DNA of 64,000 bases from a candidate division FCPU426 bacterium (GTDB lineage: Bacteria; Oederibacteriota; Muellerivitia; Muellerivitales; Muellerivitaceae), in the NCBI GenBank assembly GCA_963796105.1, contig CAWCKJ010000012.1:160001-224000 (forward strand). The letters run 5' to 3'. Positions 52,008-62,231 of the stretch are shown here, piece by piece. The notes under the pieces are model-generated. The model saw only the letters and a list, made by a program, of their open reading frames with translations, had not been told where the DNA came from and ran no database searches. Every line of letters begins with the position of its first letter. Positions within the stretch are counted from its first letter, which is position 1. The position numbers and the translations under genes are program-made.

Positions 52008-53603
52008 TCAAAAGCCCAGGCGGATAGCCGGCAAATGGCGAAAATATTTGGACCACCTGAAAGCCAACCAGCCCGCCGCCAGCAATATCATGACGGTCGC
52101 GGCGCTCAAGAGGACTCTATTCAAGACTTCCGTAGCATCCCCGCCCGTTAGGAAAAAGAAAATCGGATGACGGGCAGGGGACCATAAATTATCGCCCGCT
52201 TCCCATTTCCAGCTTAAATAGACGCCCATAAAATGGATCAGTATTGAAATAGACGCCGCCAAGCACCAGCAAAATCCCCATTTCCGCCGGTTTAGGATAA
52301 AGACCACCGGCACGCATGCGAAAACAAGGACGGGATCAAGGTCCGCCAGCAATCGGGGCCCGAAACAGGTTCCACCCCCATACGAATGCCATTTTGCGGT
52401 GATTAAGATAAGCGCCAGGGTTGAAAACGAAAGAAGGCGTAAAAGTTCCTGGTTTTTTTCCCTCCATGCGGTGAAAAACCCATAGAAGCTGAAAAACATA
52501 AAGGGGCTATAGGTAAAAAGACCCCGGCTGGGGCTAAAAAGGATTCCAAACAAACCTTCCCTAATCGGGGTGGAAAAATCCGATTCCTCCATCCGGTATC
52601 CTGTTGACCAGGGAACGCCGGTATGGGCAATGTTGTCGAGGGCAAGCGCCAGGAAAGGCAGGGTTAGTCCTGATAGAAACCAAATAAATTTCTGGCGGTG
52701 CCGAAAAGCCATGAATAACAGGACGCCGATAGGGAAAACCACGTTTGTATATCGGCACCAGGAAGCCATGGCAAAGGCAAAACCACTTAAAGCAATTGAA
52801 ACTCCACTGTGTTGGGTGTCCTTGGGGTCCTTCCTTTTTTTCTGTAAATCTTTGATCAATAGCCAGAGCCCTAGGCATAAGAACAATTGGGCGGGTCCAT
52901 GCTGCCATATGGCCTGGCTGGACACACTGAAAGCCGACGTGCCCAGGGCGTAGGCCGCCGTCAAAAAAACGGCTTCCTTCCTGGAAAGAAAAAAAAGGAG
53001 CGCTTTCATGAGGAAAAGGGCCGACAAGGCCACCATGAAGGATGCCCCTATTTTCTGGCTTTGGTGGAGGAATAAATCCGAGGGATTCACCCGCGCCAGG
53101 CCCGGCAGTAAGTCGAATGGCACTAGGCAAAGTCCCGGCGCGCTGGAATACTTGGATAACACATGGCCGTGATATCGGTAAACCTCGCTGACATCGCCTT
53201 CCAGGGAACCGGTGAAATATTCATCCAGGTATAAGTGTCCATGCTCCAATAGCGCGAATGGCTGGAGGCTGGCGGCTACCACATCGCCAGTGCCCCTCCA
53301 ACGGAAATTACCTAAATAAATGACCCAAAGAATCATCAGGATCCTGGCTTCCGAGTCGAGCCAACGGGGTTTTTCCCCGCTTAAACGGCGCCGGACCCAA
53401 TGGATCAACAGGGTCGTAAGTAGGATGAAAAAAAGTGAAGTGCAGGGAAACAGGGACTTGATGTGAGTGCCAGGGAGGGTATATCCGCCCGTGAGCATAA
53501 GGGCGAAAAAATCAAGGAACGATAATAACCGCAATAGCCGAAGTAAATTTAGTGCTTTTTTCAAATCTCTGTCTCCGATAATGTCAACTCGGGATTGGAT
53601 CAC
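52008..53603 (-). CDS. Polytopic membrane protein, probable GT-C glycosyltransferase
   Basis: Many TM segments, GD near the first loop, LFSPSRGLFTYSP and GPR motifs. Confidence 0.55.
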   Translation of the reverse strand: MIQSRVDIIGDRDLKKALNLLRLLRLLSFLDFFALMLTGGYTLPGTHIKSLFPCTSLFFILLTTLLIHWVRRRLSGEKPRWLDSEARILMILWVIYLGNFRWRGTGDVVAASLQPFALLEHGHLYLDEYFTGSLEGDVSEVYRYHGHVLSKYSSAPGLCLVPFDLLPGLARVNPSDLFLHQSQKIGASFMVALSALFLMKALLFFLSRKEAVFLTAAYALGTSAFSVSSQAIWQHGPAQLFLCLGLWLLIKDLQKKRKDPKDTQHSGVSIALSGFAFAMASWCRYTNVVFPIGVLLFMAFRHRQKFIWFLSGLTLPFLALALDNIAHTGVPWSTGYRMEESDFSTPIREGLFGILFSPSRGLFTYSPFMFFSFYGFFTAWREKNQELLRLLSFSTLALILITAKWHSYGGGTCFGPRLLADLDPVLVFACVPVVFILNRRKWGFCWCLAASISILIHFMGVYLSWKWEAGDNLWSPARHPIFFFLTGGDATEVLNRVLLSAATVMILLAAGWLAFRWSKYFRHLPAIRLGF

Positions 53604-53655
53604 GCGTCCATGTCCTGCCGATATCCGTCATTTCCCCTTGGAATTCCAAGGCCCC

Positions 53656-55116
53656 CTACGATGTCTTTCTCCTCATTAAAACAGTCCACCCATCCCCCTC
53701 AAAGACTTTCAAATAACCTTTTTCCAGTTTTTGCCCGATGTTTTTTTCAATCGGCTCAAAACCCTCCAGGGGCCAGGAAGGCAGGGCCTTGCATGCCACG
53801 AAATAATCGCAGTCCATTCCCAGGGTATTTACGTCAATCATGTAGATGTTCGGCCTGTGTGAAAGGTGGGGGACGATGGTGTCCTGGGCCAAGACCAATG
53901 CGTTTGGCGGGATCATGGACAATATTTGGTGTCCGGTTTTTATCACCGGTGTTTGCCTGTAGCATTTGACTCGAAACAAGTCCCTCAAGGGAAAGATGAA
54001 TATGGTCGGTAAATTCAGGGACAAAACCACCCAAGAAACCGTTAAAACAACCTTCCTGTATGAAGGTCTCTCCCGGTATTTCTTGGCCAGACGGTAGAGC
54101 CCGTCCACCCCGCCCATCATTAAAATAGGGGCGATGGTCGCGGAATAATGGTAGCCCATGGACCAAAGATGCTCGGAATTGGACAGCATCCTCTCGGCGA
54201 AAATCGGGAGCGCCAAGATCAACAATGGCGACATGAAGATCATGAATAGGCAGGCCGCGAAAGACCAGAGCATGGTCAAAAACTTTTCCGAGTTGGAAAC
54301 CCATACCTGGAAAACAAGAAAGGGATGGTGGACTATCGTCCCCAAGGCCTCCCAGGGTGTTTTCCCGAAATCGGTGTAAATCCAATGGGTGTAACCCCGC
54401 GGTTGAGCGAGGGATGGGATTAAATATGAAATTTCAAAAAAGAAAGCGGCCAGCCCAATTCCCGCGCAAGATATTCCCTTTTTCCACTGGCGCGAAATCA
54501 TGAGAGTGACGCCGAAAGCCGCGACCAAAAGGCCCATGTCCTCCTTTACCGTCAGAAGTAGGGCCAGGCATATAAAAACCTTCCGCCATTCCCGTTCATC
54601 CATATATTCAATGGCAAAGGCGATGAGGGGAACAGCCAGGAGGACATCGTGGAAATCATAACCCAAGGCGTTTTGTATGCCCCAAAACACCGCGTAAGCC
54701 ACCGACCAGAGGTAGGCTGGGGACCGGCCCAGCCTTCTTTGGGTGAAAAGGAAAACGGCGATGACGCTCAAAGCCACCGCGATGGATTGGGCGAAAAACA
54801 ACAGTTCCGGGGCGGGAAAAATCCAATAGAACGGCGCCAGAAGCGCGAGGATAGGGTTGAAATGGTCTCCCAGCGCGTTGGAGAAACCCATCAGGGTGCT
54901 GGCAGGAACCTTTAACTTGCTGTACTCCCAAATGACCTGGTCATGGATTCCAAGATCCCAACCGCCCGTGGCAAAACGCCAGTGCCGGAGGCAGGATAAA
55001 AAGGCGTAAACCAAAGCCGCAAGGATAGAGAGTAAAAAGAGGGGCTTTTCACTACGAAGGGTCGAAAGAATACCGCTCTTTCCCTCTCCCAAGGAACTGG
55101 TACCCATCTCCATCAA
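53656..55116 (-). CDS. DUF2079-like membrane protein (GT-C-like)
   Basis: WDLGIHDQ, GDHFNPIL, YDFHD, VKED, YHYS motifs. Confidence 0.75.
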   Translation of the reverse strand: MMEMGTSSLGEGKSGILSTLRSEKPLFLLSILAALVYAFLSCLRHWRFATGGWDLGIHDQVIWEYSKLKVPASTLMGFSNALGDHFNPILALLAPFYWIFPAPELLFFAQSIAVALSVIAVFLFTQRRLGRSPAYLWSVAYAVFWGIQNALGYDFHDVLLAVPLIAFAIEYMDEREWRKVFICLALLLTVKEDMGLLVAAFGVTLMISRQWKKGISCAGIGLAAFFFEISYLIPSLAQPRGYTHWIYTDFGKTPWEALGTIVHHPFLVFQVWVSNSEKFLTMLWSFAACLFMIFMSPLLILALPIFAERMLSNSEHLWSMGYHYSATIAPILMMGGVDGLYRLAKKYRERPSYRKVVLTVSWVVLSLNLPTIFIFPLRDLFRVKCYRQTPVIKTGHQILSMIPPNALVLAQDTIVPHLSHRPNIYMIDVNTLGMDCDYFVACKALPSWPLEGFEPIEKNIGQKLEKGYLKVFEGDGWTVLMRRKTS

Positions 55117-55260
55117 TTCATCCTTTAATTTTCATAAATTCGCCGACTGATAAGCGGCAGTTATTTTACTATAACCATTTTCACAATGATTCACTAACAG
55201 GATCGGGAATGAAATAAGGTTTCCCTGGGAAGTGCCGTGGTTTTTGGTTCCGATTCGGTT

Positions 55261-56655
55261 TCAGCGGGTGACGAGAATACCGATGGCTTCGGTGAGGGTC
55301 TTGACCCCCAGTATTTCCAGGGAGGTCTTGGGCAGGAGGGAAACGGCCTTGAGGTTTCCATGGGGCACGATGGCCTGCTCAAATCCCAAACGGGCGGCCT
55401 CAGCCAGACGGGGGCCGATCTGCGAGACGGCCCTCACCTCGCCCGACAGGCCTAACTCCCCCAAAACGATGACCTTCGGGTCCACCGCCACCTCCCGGAA
55501 GGAGGAGGCCACCGTCACAGCCACGCTCAAGTCAATGGAGGGTTCCGCGACCTTGATTCCCCCCGCGATGTTCAGGAAAACATCCTGCGTGGACAGGGCC
55601 ATGCCGACCCTCTTCTCCAGGATGGCGAGGATCAGGGCCAGGCGGTTGGGATCGATTCCCGAGCAGCGCCTCTGGGGCATTCCGAAGTTCGTGGGGCTTA
55701 CGAGCGCCTGGACCTCCAATAGGAGGGGCCTGCTTCCCTCCAGGCTGGCCGTGATGACCGACCCGGAGTTGTGCGCGTAATGGTCGTCCAAAAAGGCCTT
55801 GGAGGCGTCCGCCACTTCCCGGAGGCCGTCTTCCCTCATCTCGAAAATTCCGATTTCCTGGGTGCTCCCGAAGCGGTTCTTGACCGCCCTCAAAAGGCGG
55901 TATTGGCGCTGCAAGTCTCCCTCGAAGTAAAGGACCGCGTCCACCATGTGTTCCAGGGTCATGGGCCCGGCGATGCTTCCTTCCTTGGTCACATGGCCGA
56001 TGAGGAACAGGGGAAGCTTTTCCCGCTTGGCCAGGTAGGTCAACCGCGCCGCCGATTCCCGGACCTGCGTCACGCTTCCCGGGGCGGAGGCGATATCCGC
56101 CAGGAAAAGCGTCTGGATGGAATCCACCACTGTGAGGACCGGCTTGGTCTTCTCGATCAGATCGAGAATGGCCGAGACGTCCGTTTCGGGAAAGATATAA
56201 AGATTATTGGTGCGGATGCCCAGGCGCTCGGCCCTCAACTTGATCTGCTGGGCCGATTCCTCCCCTGTCACATAAAGGCACTTGCCCTGGCCTTCCTTTT
56301 GAAGTTTGGACAGCTTGTCGGCCACTTGCAAAAGCAGGGTGGATTTCCCGATGCCGGGGTCCCCCCCGATCATGACGGTCTCCCCCGGCACGATTCCGCC
56401 CCCCAGGACCCGGTCAAACTCATTCATGTTGGTCTTGAGGCGGTATTCCTCGTCCACCTCGATTTCATCCAGGGCCACGGGTGCGGTTGTCTCGGAGGGT
56501 TTGGAGAGGCTTCTTCCCCTTTCCTCGGATTTGCCCTTTTCAGCCTTTTCCTCTACGAAACTGTTCCACTCGCCGCAGGTGTTGCACTTTCCCTGCCACC
56601 TAATGCTTTTAGTTCCGCAATTTTGGCAGGTGTACTGGGTTTTAATCTTGGCCAT
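55261..56655 (-). CDS. radA: DNA repair protein RadA/Sms
   Basis: C4 zinc finger, GGDPGIGKSTLL, KNRFG, Lon-like C-terminus; ATG 56655. Confidence 0.97.
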   Translation of the reverse strand: MAKIKTQYTCQNCGTKSIRWQGKCNTCGEWNSFVEEKAEKGKSEERGRSLSKPSETTAPVALDEIEVDEEYRLKTNMNEFDRVLGGGIVPGETVMIGGDPGIGKSTLLLQVADKLSKLQKEGQGKCLYVTGEESAQQIKLRAERLGIRTNNLYIFPETDVSAILDLIEKTKPVLTVVDSIQTLFLADIASAPGSVTQVRESAARLTYLAKREKLPLFLIGHVTKEGSIAGPMTLEHMVDAVLYFEGDLQRQYRLLRAVKNRFGSTQEIGIFEMREDGLREVADASKAFLDDHYAHNSGSVITASLEGSRPLLLEVQALVSPTNFGMPQRRCSGIDPNRLALILAILEKRVGMALSTQDVFLNIAGGIKVAEPSIDLSVAVTVASSFREVAVDPKVIVLGELGLSGEVRAVSQIGPRLAEAARLGFEQAIVPHGNLKAVSLLPKTSLEILGVKTLTEAIGILVTR

Positions 56656-56713
56656 GTCGCTTCCTTTAGGGAGAATAAATGGAATTATACACTTGTATAC
56701 TACCGAGTGCAAT

Positions 56714-56737
56714 AAAAAAGGCCCCGCAGGGGCCTTT
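56714..56737 (-). terminator. Intrinsic terminator
   Basis: AAAGGCCCC-TGC-GGGGCCTTT stem with a U-tract. Confidence 0.7.
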
Positions 56738-56761
56738 CCAGGGAACGGGTTTTAAAGCTGG

Positions 56762-57433
56762 TTACTTCCCCGCGTCCCTCGATTGCATGATCTGCTGGAG
56801 CATGGAGCCCATGTCGGTCAAATCCATCTTGTGGTAATCGGCCGGGACCTCGAACAAGTCCGGTGCCAGGGCCTTGGCGGTTAATTTCACCGCTTCCAGG
56901 GAGCTCACGGTTTTTCCCGATTCGTCCAGGCGCAGGACTTTCAGGGGAAAGAGGCCCTTCTGCTTGAGGGCACTGACCCAGGCGCTGCGGTTCCCGCCCA
57001 CCTTACCCACTTCCAAAAAATTCCCCATGCCCGGCACAGCCCATATATGGACCTGGTTTTTTCCATCCTGATATAACCATTCCTCGGTCTTCTGCCCCAG
57101 GAGCAAATCGGTCTTGCCGGTCTTGGAAAAATTCCCCGCCGGGTTTTTAGCGTCGCTGTCCTCGATGGACAGGGTCAAGAAGGATTTCTTGGCGGGGAAA
57201 AGCAGGAAAAGCTGGCTGGTGGCGATATCTGAAATGGCCGAGGTCTCACTCCCCCCCGCGTCGGTGTTAACCCGGATATGGGAGCCCTTCATGAAATATT
57301 GGATATTCCCCGTCACCTTCTCCGCCGTGAGTTTGTAATCCACCTCCCCCTCGAAAGAACCAGCCGCGATCAGGCGGAGAGGGAATAAACTTAAGACATA
57401 AAGAAGTGAAAATAAACCAATCTTCTTTTTCAT
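56762..57433 (-). CDS. Secreted DUF4412-like protein
   Basis: Signal peptide, FEGEVDY, KTGKTD, C-terminal FEVPADY. Confidence 0.7.
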   Translation of the reverse strand: MKKKIGLFSLLYVLSLFPLRLIAAGSFEGEVDYKLTAEKVTGNIQYFMKGSHIRVNTDAGGSETSAISDIATSQLFLLFPAKKSFLTLSIEDSDAKNPAGNFSKTGKTDLLLGQKTEEWLYQDGKNQVHIWAVPGMGNFLEVGKVGGNRSAWVSALKQKGLFPLKVLRLDESGKTVSSLEAVKLTAKALAPDLFEVPADYHKMDLTDMGSMLQQIMQSRDAGK

Positions 57434-57765
57434 TATTTCCCTTTTCCCTTATCGCCGGCTTCAGGAGTCTTGGCCATCATCCCGCCTTTTTCCATCGGGC
57501 ATTCCATGGCTCCCGGCCCTCCCATCATGTGGCCGTGGTCCATATCGCGGCAGTCCTTCATCCAACAGCAATTGGAGGAACTGGAACAGCACATCATGCG
57601 GGAACCGGCCAGGCAAAGGGGCCCGCAGAGTGAAACGATGAGAATGATCCACCCGACGACCTTCCCCAGCTTTTTATTGAAGCCCGTTTCCTTTTCGGCA
57701 ACTGTCAAAACCCAGTATCCGATCGCCAAGCCGATCAAGTAAGCCACGATCCTGTGAGTCATCAT
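57433..57765 (-). CDS. Small membrane protein with Met/His/Cys-rich tail
   Basis: Two TM helices then CCSSSSNCCWMKDCRDMDHGHMMGG; AGGAGG RBS. Confidence 0.65.
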   Translation of the reverse strand: MMTHRIVAYLIGLAIGYWVLTVAEKETGFNKKLGKVVGWIILIVSLCGPLCLAGSRMMCCSSSSNCCWMKDCRDMDHGHMMGGPGAMECPMEKGGMMAKTPEAGDKGKGK

Positions 57766-57885
57766 TTCAAGCCTCCTGTATGAGATTGAATAAATGTGGG
57801 TTATATCTTATACGCGAGTGATTTGGAAAAACTAGATTCTTTTAGGGGAGTCCAGGCCCTCAACCGTTGGGAAATGGGGGTTTCC

Positions 57886-58761
57886 CTATTTTTTCCAGAG
57901 CAGGCGCCAAGGATGGGCCTTTAATTCTTCCACCAGGCTCTTGATGTCATCGGCGGTTTTCTGGTCCTGGAGCAGGACCCCCAGGGTCCCCTTGCCGTCC
58001 TGCAGGTTCTTGGCCATTTGGTTCATGATTTTCAAGGTGGATTCCAGGTTCTTCACAGCCTCGTTCACGTCCTTCTTGTCCAGGGAGGCGGTCAGGGAAT
58101 CCAGGCTTTTGGCGATGTTTTGGAAGCTGTCCACGATTTTCCCGCTTTTCCCGCTGGATTTGGAAAGGTCATCCAAAATTCTCTCGACCTTTTCCCTGCT
58201 GGAGACCACCAGGGCCAAAAGGCTGTCGGTGGTCTTGTTCATGTTCTCGAGGGAATGGAGGAAGTTTTCCTTGGACTTTGGATCGGCTAGCATTTTCTCG
58301 AAGGTCTCCAGGACGTCCCCCAGCTCGCTGAAGGTAAGGTCCAGGTTGTTGGCGTCCACCCCGTCAAGGGTATCCCCGTTATTAACTTCCTCGCCTGTAC
58401 CAAGATCCGCCCCGATTTGGACGTAGCGGGAGCCCAGGAGACCCGCGCTGTAGATGCAAACCTTGGAATCCTTGCGGAGCCGCAATTTTTTCTCCGTGAT
58501 CAGGAGGTCCACCACGGCCTTGTTGTCCTCGAAGCGGATGTCCTCCACAGCCCCAACCTTGATTCCCCCCGCGTATTCCACGGGAGCGTTGGATTTCAGG
58601 TCGCCCAGGAAATTGAACCTCACGTGAATAACGCGCCCCTCCGAGGCAAAGTGATAATTGTTCACGAAGAGGATGGCCACCATCAGGATGATCCCAGCGG
58701 CCACCACCATCAAGCCCACCTTGAACTCTTGGGACATCAGGGAGGATTCGGAATTGTTCAT
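57886..58761 (-). CDS. mlaD: MlaD/MCE family protein
   Basis: TM anchor, MCE domain (GIKVGAV, GLLGSRYVQI), helical tail. Confidence 0.88.
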   Translation of the reverse strand: MNNSESSLMSQEFKVGLMVVAAGIILMVAILFVNNYHFASEGRVIHVRFNFLGDLKSNAPVEYAGGIKVGAVEDIRFEDNKAVVDLLITEKKLRLRKDSKVCIYSAGLLGSRYVQIGADLGTGEEVNNGDTLDGVDANNLDLTFSELGDVLETFEKMLADPKSKENFLHSLENMNKTTDSLLALVVSSREKVERILDDLSKSSGKSGKIVDSFQNIAKSLDSLTASLDKKDVNEAVKNLESTLKIMNQMAKNLQDGKGTLGVLLQDQKTADDIKSLVEELKAHPWRLLWKK

Positions 58762-58795
58762 TTAAAAGCTTCCCCTTTTAAATAACATATTGTGT

Positions 58796-59563
58796 TTACC
58801 GTATCGGCATGGGCCCCTCGATACTGCCCGTCACGAACTGCCGGATGAAGGGGTCTCGGCTGTCCCGAATCTCATCCGGAGTACCGATGCCGATGATTTT
58901 GGCATCATATATCATCGCGATACGGTTGGCCACCTTGTAGGCGCTTTGCATGTCATGGGTCACCACCACCGACGTCACCCCCAGTTTTTCCTGCATTTGG
59001 AGGATCAGGTCGTTGATGGCCTCGGAAGTCACGGGGTCCAGCCCCGATGTGGGCTCGTCGTAAAGGATGATCTCGGGGTCCACCGCGATGGCCCTGGCCA
59101 GGCCGACCCTTTTCCTCATGCCCCCGGAAAGCTGGGCCGGCTTCAAGCCCATCAAGTCGTCCTTCAATCCCACGAGCTCCATCTTGGCTTTGGCGGCTTC
59201 CTCGGCCTTGGGGACAGGCATCCTGAAGTCGCGCAAAAGCCTGAAGGCGATGTTCTCGAAGACCGTGAGGGAATCGAACAAGGCCGCGTATTGGAAAACC
59301 ACGCCCATCTTCTTCCTTAATTCGTTGAGTTCCCTTTCGCCCATTAGCTCGATTTCCTGCCCCTCCACCCAGACCTGTCCCGAGTCCGGCGAAAGGAGGC
59401 CCGCGATCATCCTGAGGATGGTGCTTTTACCCACGCCGGAGCGTCCGATGATGACGAGTGTCTCCCCTCGGTTCACCTCCAGGTCGAAATCCCGCAGGAC
59501 CTCGAAAGCGCCGAAGCTTTTGTTGACCTTCTTGAGCTGGATGATGGGTTCTTTTGTGTTCAT
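58796..59563 (-). CDS. mlaF: Mla ABC transporter ATPase
   Basis: GRSGVGKS, FQYAALFDS, LSGGMRKRVGLARA, YDEPTSGLDP. Confidence 0.92.
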   Translation of the reverse strand: MNTKEPIIQLKKVNKSFGAFEVLRDFDLEVNRGETLVIIGRSGVGKSTILRMIAGLLSPDSGQVWVEGQEIELMGERELNELRKKMGVVFQYAALFDSLTVFENIAFRLLRDFRMPVPKAEEAAKAKMELVGLKDDLMGLKPAQLSGGMRKRVGLARAIAVDPEIILYDEPTSGLDPVTSEAINDLILQMQEKLGVTSVVVTHDMQSAYKVANRIAMIYDAKIIGIGTPDEIRDSRDPFIRQFVTGSIEGPMPIR

Positions 59564-59571
59564 TTTTTAAC

Positions 59572-60363
59572 CTATAGGTTCAAGGCTGTCAAAATCGCGG
59601 TCAGGAAATAATCAGAGACCAGGATGGACATGAAGGAATAAACCACCGCGTTCGTGGTGGAGCGCCCCACTCCCTCGGCCCCATTCGTGGTGGAAAAACC
59701 CTGCCGGCAGGAGACGACGGCGATAATGCTTCCGAAGATGAGGGCTTTGATGAGCCCCCCCACGATATCCCCCGTCTCCATGGCGGACCTAGTGGAATCC
59801 ATGTAAACCGTCGAGGGGGTGAATTTCAGGGAACAGACGAAAAGGCCCCCCAGCCAGCCCGTCAAGTCAGCGAAAAGGGTCAGGAGGGGCATCATGAAGG
59901 TGAAGGCCAGGAACCTGGGCACCGCCAGGTACTTGATGGGGTTGGCCGCCAGGGTATGGAGGGCGTCGATCTGCTCCGTGACCTGCATGGTCCCGATCTC
60001 CGCCGCGACCGCCGAGCCCATGCGCCCCGAAAGGACCAGGGCCGTCAGGACCGGGCCCAGCTCGCGCACGAGGGAAAGGGATACCACTGAGCCCAGGAAC
60101 TGGGAAATGCCCTTCATTTTGATCTCAAGGGTGTAGCCCGACTGGAGGGCCACCACCATTCCCGTGAAAAAGGCGGTGGTGATAGCCACTGGAATAGATT
60201 CCACTCCGATTCGGACCATCTGCTGGAGCACCAGCCTGAAATCGTAGGGCTTGCGGAACATCCAGGCGTTGATCCGGATGGTAAGGAAGATCAGTTCACC
60301 CATTTCCCGGATGAAATAAACGGCGTAACCCCCGATTTTCCGGATGAGCAGTTTCAGGTCCAT
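59572..60363 (-). CDS. mlaE: Mla ABC transporter permease
   Basis: RELGPVLTAL, AEIGTMQVTEQIDAL, GAEGVGRSTT. Confidence 0.93.
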   Translation of the reverse strand: MDLKLLIRKIGGYAVYFIREMGELIFLTIRINAWMFRKPYDFRLVLQQMVRIGVESIPVAITTAFFTGMVVALQSGYTLEIKMKGISQFLGSVVSLSLVRELGPVLTALVLSGRMGSAVAAEIGTMQVTEQIDALHTLAANPIKYLAVPRFLAFTFMMPLLTLFADLTGWLGGLFVCSLKFTPSTVYMDSTRSAMETGDIVGGLIKALIFGSIIAVVSCRQGFSTTNGAEGVGRSTTNAVVYSFMSILVSDYFLTAILTALNL

Positions 60364-60390
60364 CTTTTTCCTTAAATTTAACTTTTATGG

Positions 60391-60541
60391 TGTCATCGCG
60401 AGGAGCAGCCCAAATCGGGGCGATTCGCGACGTGGCGAACCCAGTTCGCCTTTCGATTGAAGTGTCTTATGGTGATTATTTAAACTGGGTTTGCTTCGTC
60501 ATAAACGCCCGCCTAATCGGCGTGCATTTCTCGCGATGACA
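60391..60541. repeat. 151-bp palindromic intergenic element (TGTCATCGCGAG...CTCGCGATGACA)
   Basis: 12-bp perfect terminal inverted repeat with inner GACGTGGCGAACCC/GGGTTTGCTTCGTC pairing. Confidence 0.8.
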
Positions 60542-60601
60542 ACCAAACAAAGTATTAGCTTAAAAAATTTATATTTTCAAAATCGAGAAAGAACACTATT
60601 T

Positions 60602-61741
60602 TTACTTCGTGTAGATACGGGGAACCCGCTGACCCACCGCGCAAAGGAGCTCGTAGGAAATGGTGCCGGCGAGGGAGGCCTGCTCCTCCACGGGAATGAC
60701 TGTCTTCCCGTCCCTTCCGAAAAAGGTCGCGGTGTCCCCGACTTTCACGCCTGGTACTTTCGATACATCCACCATGGTCATATCCATGCAAATCGTCCCG
60801 ATTTGGGGGACCCTGCGTCCCCTCAAGAGAAAATGTGTCCTGTTTGAGAGGACCCGGTGCACCCCGTCCGCGTAGCCGATCCCCAGGGTGGCCACCTTGA
60901 CGCGCTTCTTGGCGGTGTAGGTGCGGCCGTAGCTGACAGACTCCCCCTTTTCCATGTCGTAAATATGGATCACCCGGGTTTTCACCTGCATGACGGGCGT
61001 CAATTCCACACGGCTCTTGAACTTGGGGTTAGGGTAGATCCCGTAAAGGGCGATTCCCGGCCTTGCCCAGGTCCCGGCTGATTGGGGGAAATAAGTGATG
61101 AGCGAGGCGCTGTTGGCCAGGTGGGTGGCCGGCGAGAAATCCAATTTTTGCCTCAATCCCCCCAGGGCCTGGTTGAAAAGGGTGATCTGGCGCCAGGCGA
61201 ACTTCGGGTCCGTCCAATCGGCGGTGGCCAGGTGCGTGTAAACCGCCTCGACCGCCAGTCCCGGGACTTTCCGGATGGCTTGGATTTCCGCAAGCACCCT
61301 GTTGATCCGAAGGCCTACCCGTCCCATCCCGCTGTCAATCTTGACATGGACCGGCACGGTACCGGCTTTCATTTTCCTAGCGACCCGCGACAAATTCCTG
61401 GCGCCCTCAAGGGAGCTGACCTGGGGTGTCAAGGCGTTCTCAATCAAAAGGGGTAATTCAGCTGGGAGAGTGGGGGTCAAAACCAGGATGGGGCACTTGA
61501 TGCCGGCTTGGCGTAATTGGGCCCCTTCCTGGACCGTGGCGACCGCGAGGCGTTTGGCTCCCGCCGCCAATAGGGCCTTGGAGACTGGGACCGCGCCGTG
61601 GCCGTAGGCGTTTGCCTTCACCACCGGCAGGATATGGGATCCCTTGGCCAAATTTTGAAGGGCTTTGAAATTCCTCTTCAAGGCCCCGAGCGAGATTTCC
61701 GCCCAGCTGGAGGTGGTGGGTTGTGTTGGTAAATGTTTCAT
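60602..61741 (-). CDS. alr: Alanine racemase
   Basis: VVKANAYGHG, HVKIDSGMGRVG, RPGIALYG, GYADG, ICMD; ATG 61741. Confidence 0.96.
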   Translation of the reverse strand: MKHLPTQPTTSSWAEISLGALKRNFKALQNLAKGSHILPVVKANAYGHGAVPVSKALLAAGAKRLAVATVQEGAQLRQAGIKCPILVLTPTLPAELPLLIENALTPQVSSLEGARNLSRVARKMKAGTVPVHVKIDSGMGRVGLRINRVLAEIQAIRKVPGLAVEAVYTHLATADWTDPKFAWRQITLFNQALGGLRQKLDFSPATHLANSASLITYFPQSAGTWARPGIALYGIYPNPKFKSRVELTPVMQVKTRVIHIYDMEKGESVSYGRTYTAKKRVKVATLGIGYADGVHRVLSNRTHFLLRGRRVPQIGTICMDMTMVDVSKVPGVKVGDTATFFGRDGKTVIPVEEQASLAGTISYELLCAVGQRVPRIYTK

Positions 61742-61847
61742 TCGGTTTTCCAAATAAACTTTTCTCATTTTGAGCATTAGTTTTCCAAAAATGATTATCC
61801 ACAAATTCGGGGTGATATTCCAAGTCAAACCTGTCCAAAATAGACTT

Positions 61848-61942
61848 TAGCCACGGATGTGCCAATTTTCCTAAATACTTATTGAGAGATTGGTACGATA
61901 CCGACCTCTTTTGAAGGTCGGCATGCATGGTATTCATGGGAT
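61848..61942. repeat. Dispersed ~100-bp double-hairpin element, copy 2
   Basis: Near reverse complement of 31160-31265. Confidence 0.85.
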
Positions 61943-62231
61943 ACAACAAGACTAGATCGTGACAAAGGCTTTGCCTTTGCGCCCATTGGGCGTTATGGCC
62001 CTGCCTGCTGAGCGTGGAAAAATTAATTTTTCCATCGGCCCTCGGCTGAGCCATACAACACGATCTGAAAATATTGACCCTTTATTATTTTTTTTAGTAG
62101 CAGGGTCTCCGAGCCCTTGTGGTGAATCGGTTTATCCCCTGCATCCCCTGCATCCCAGCTAAAAAACTGATTTATTTATCTTTGTTCCTTGGTTTATGTT
62201 TATTTTTGACGGCAATGATTCCAAGTATAAG

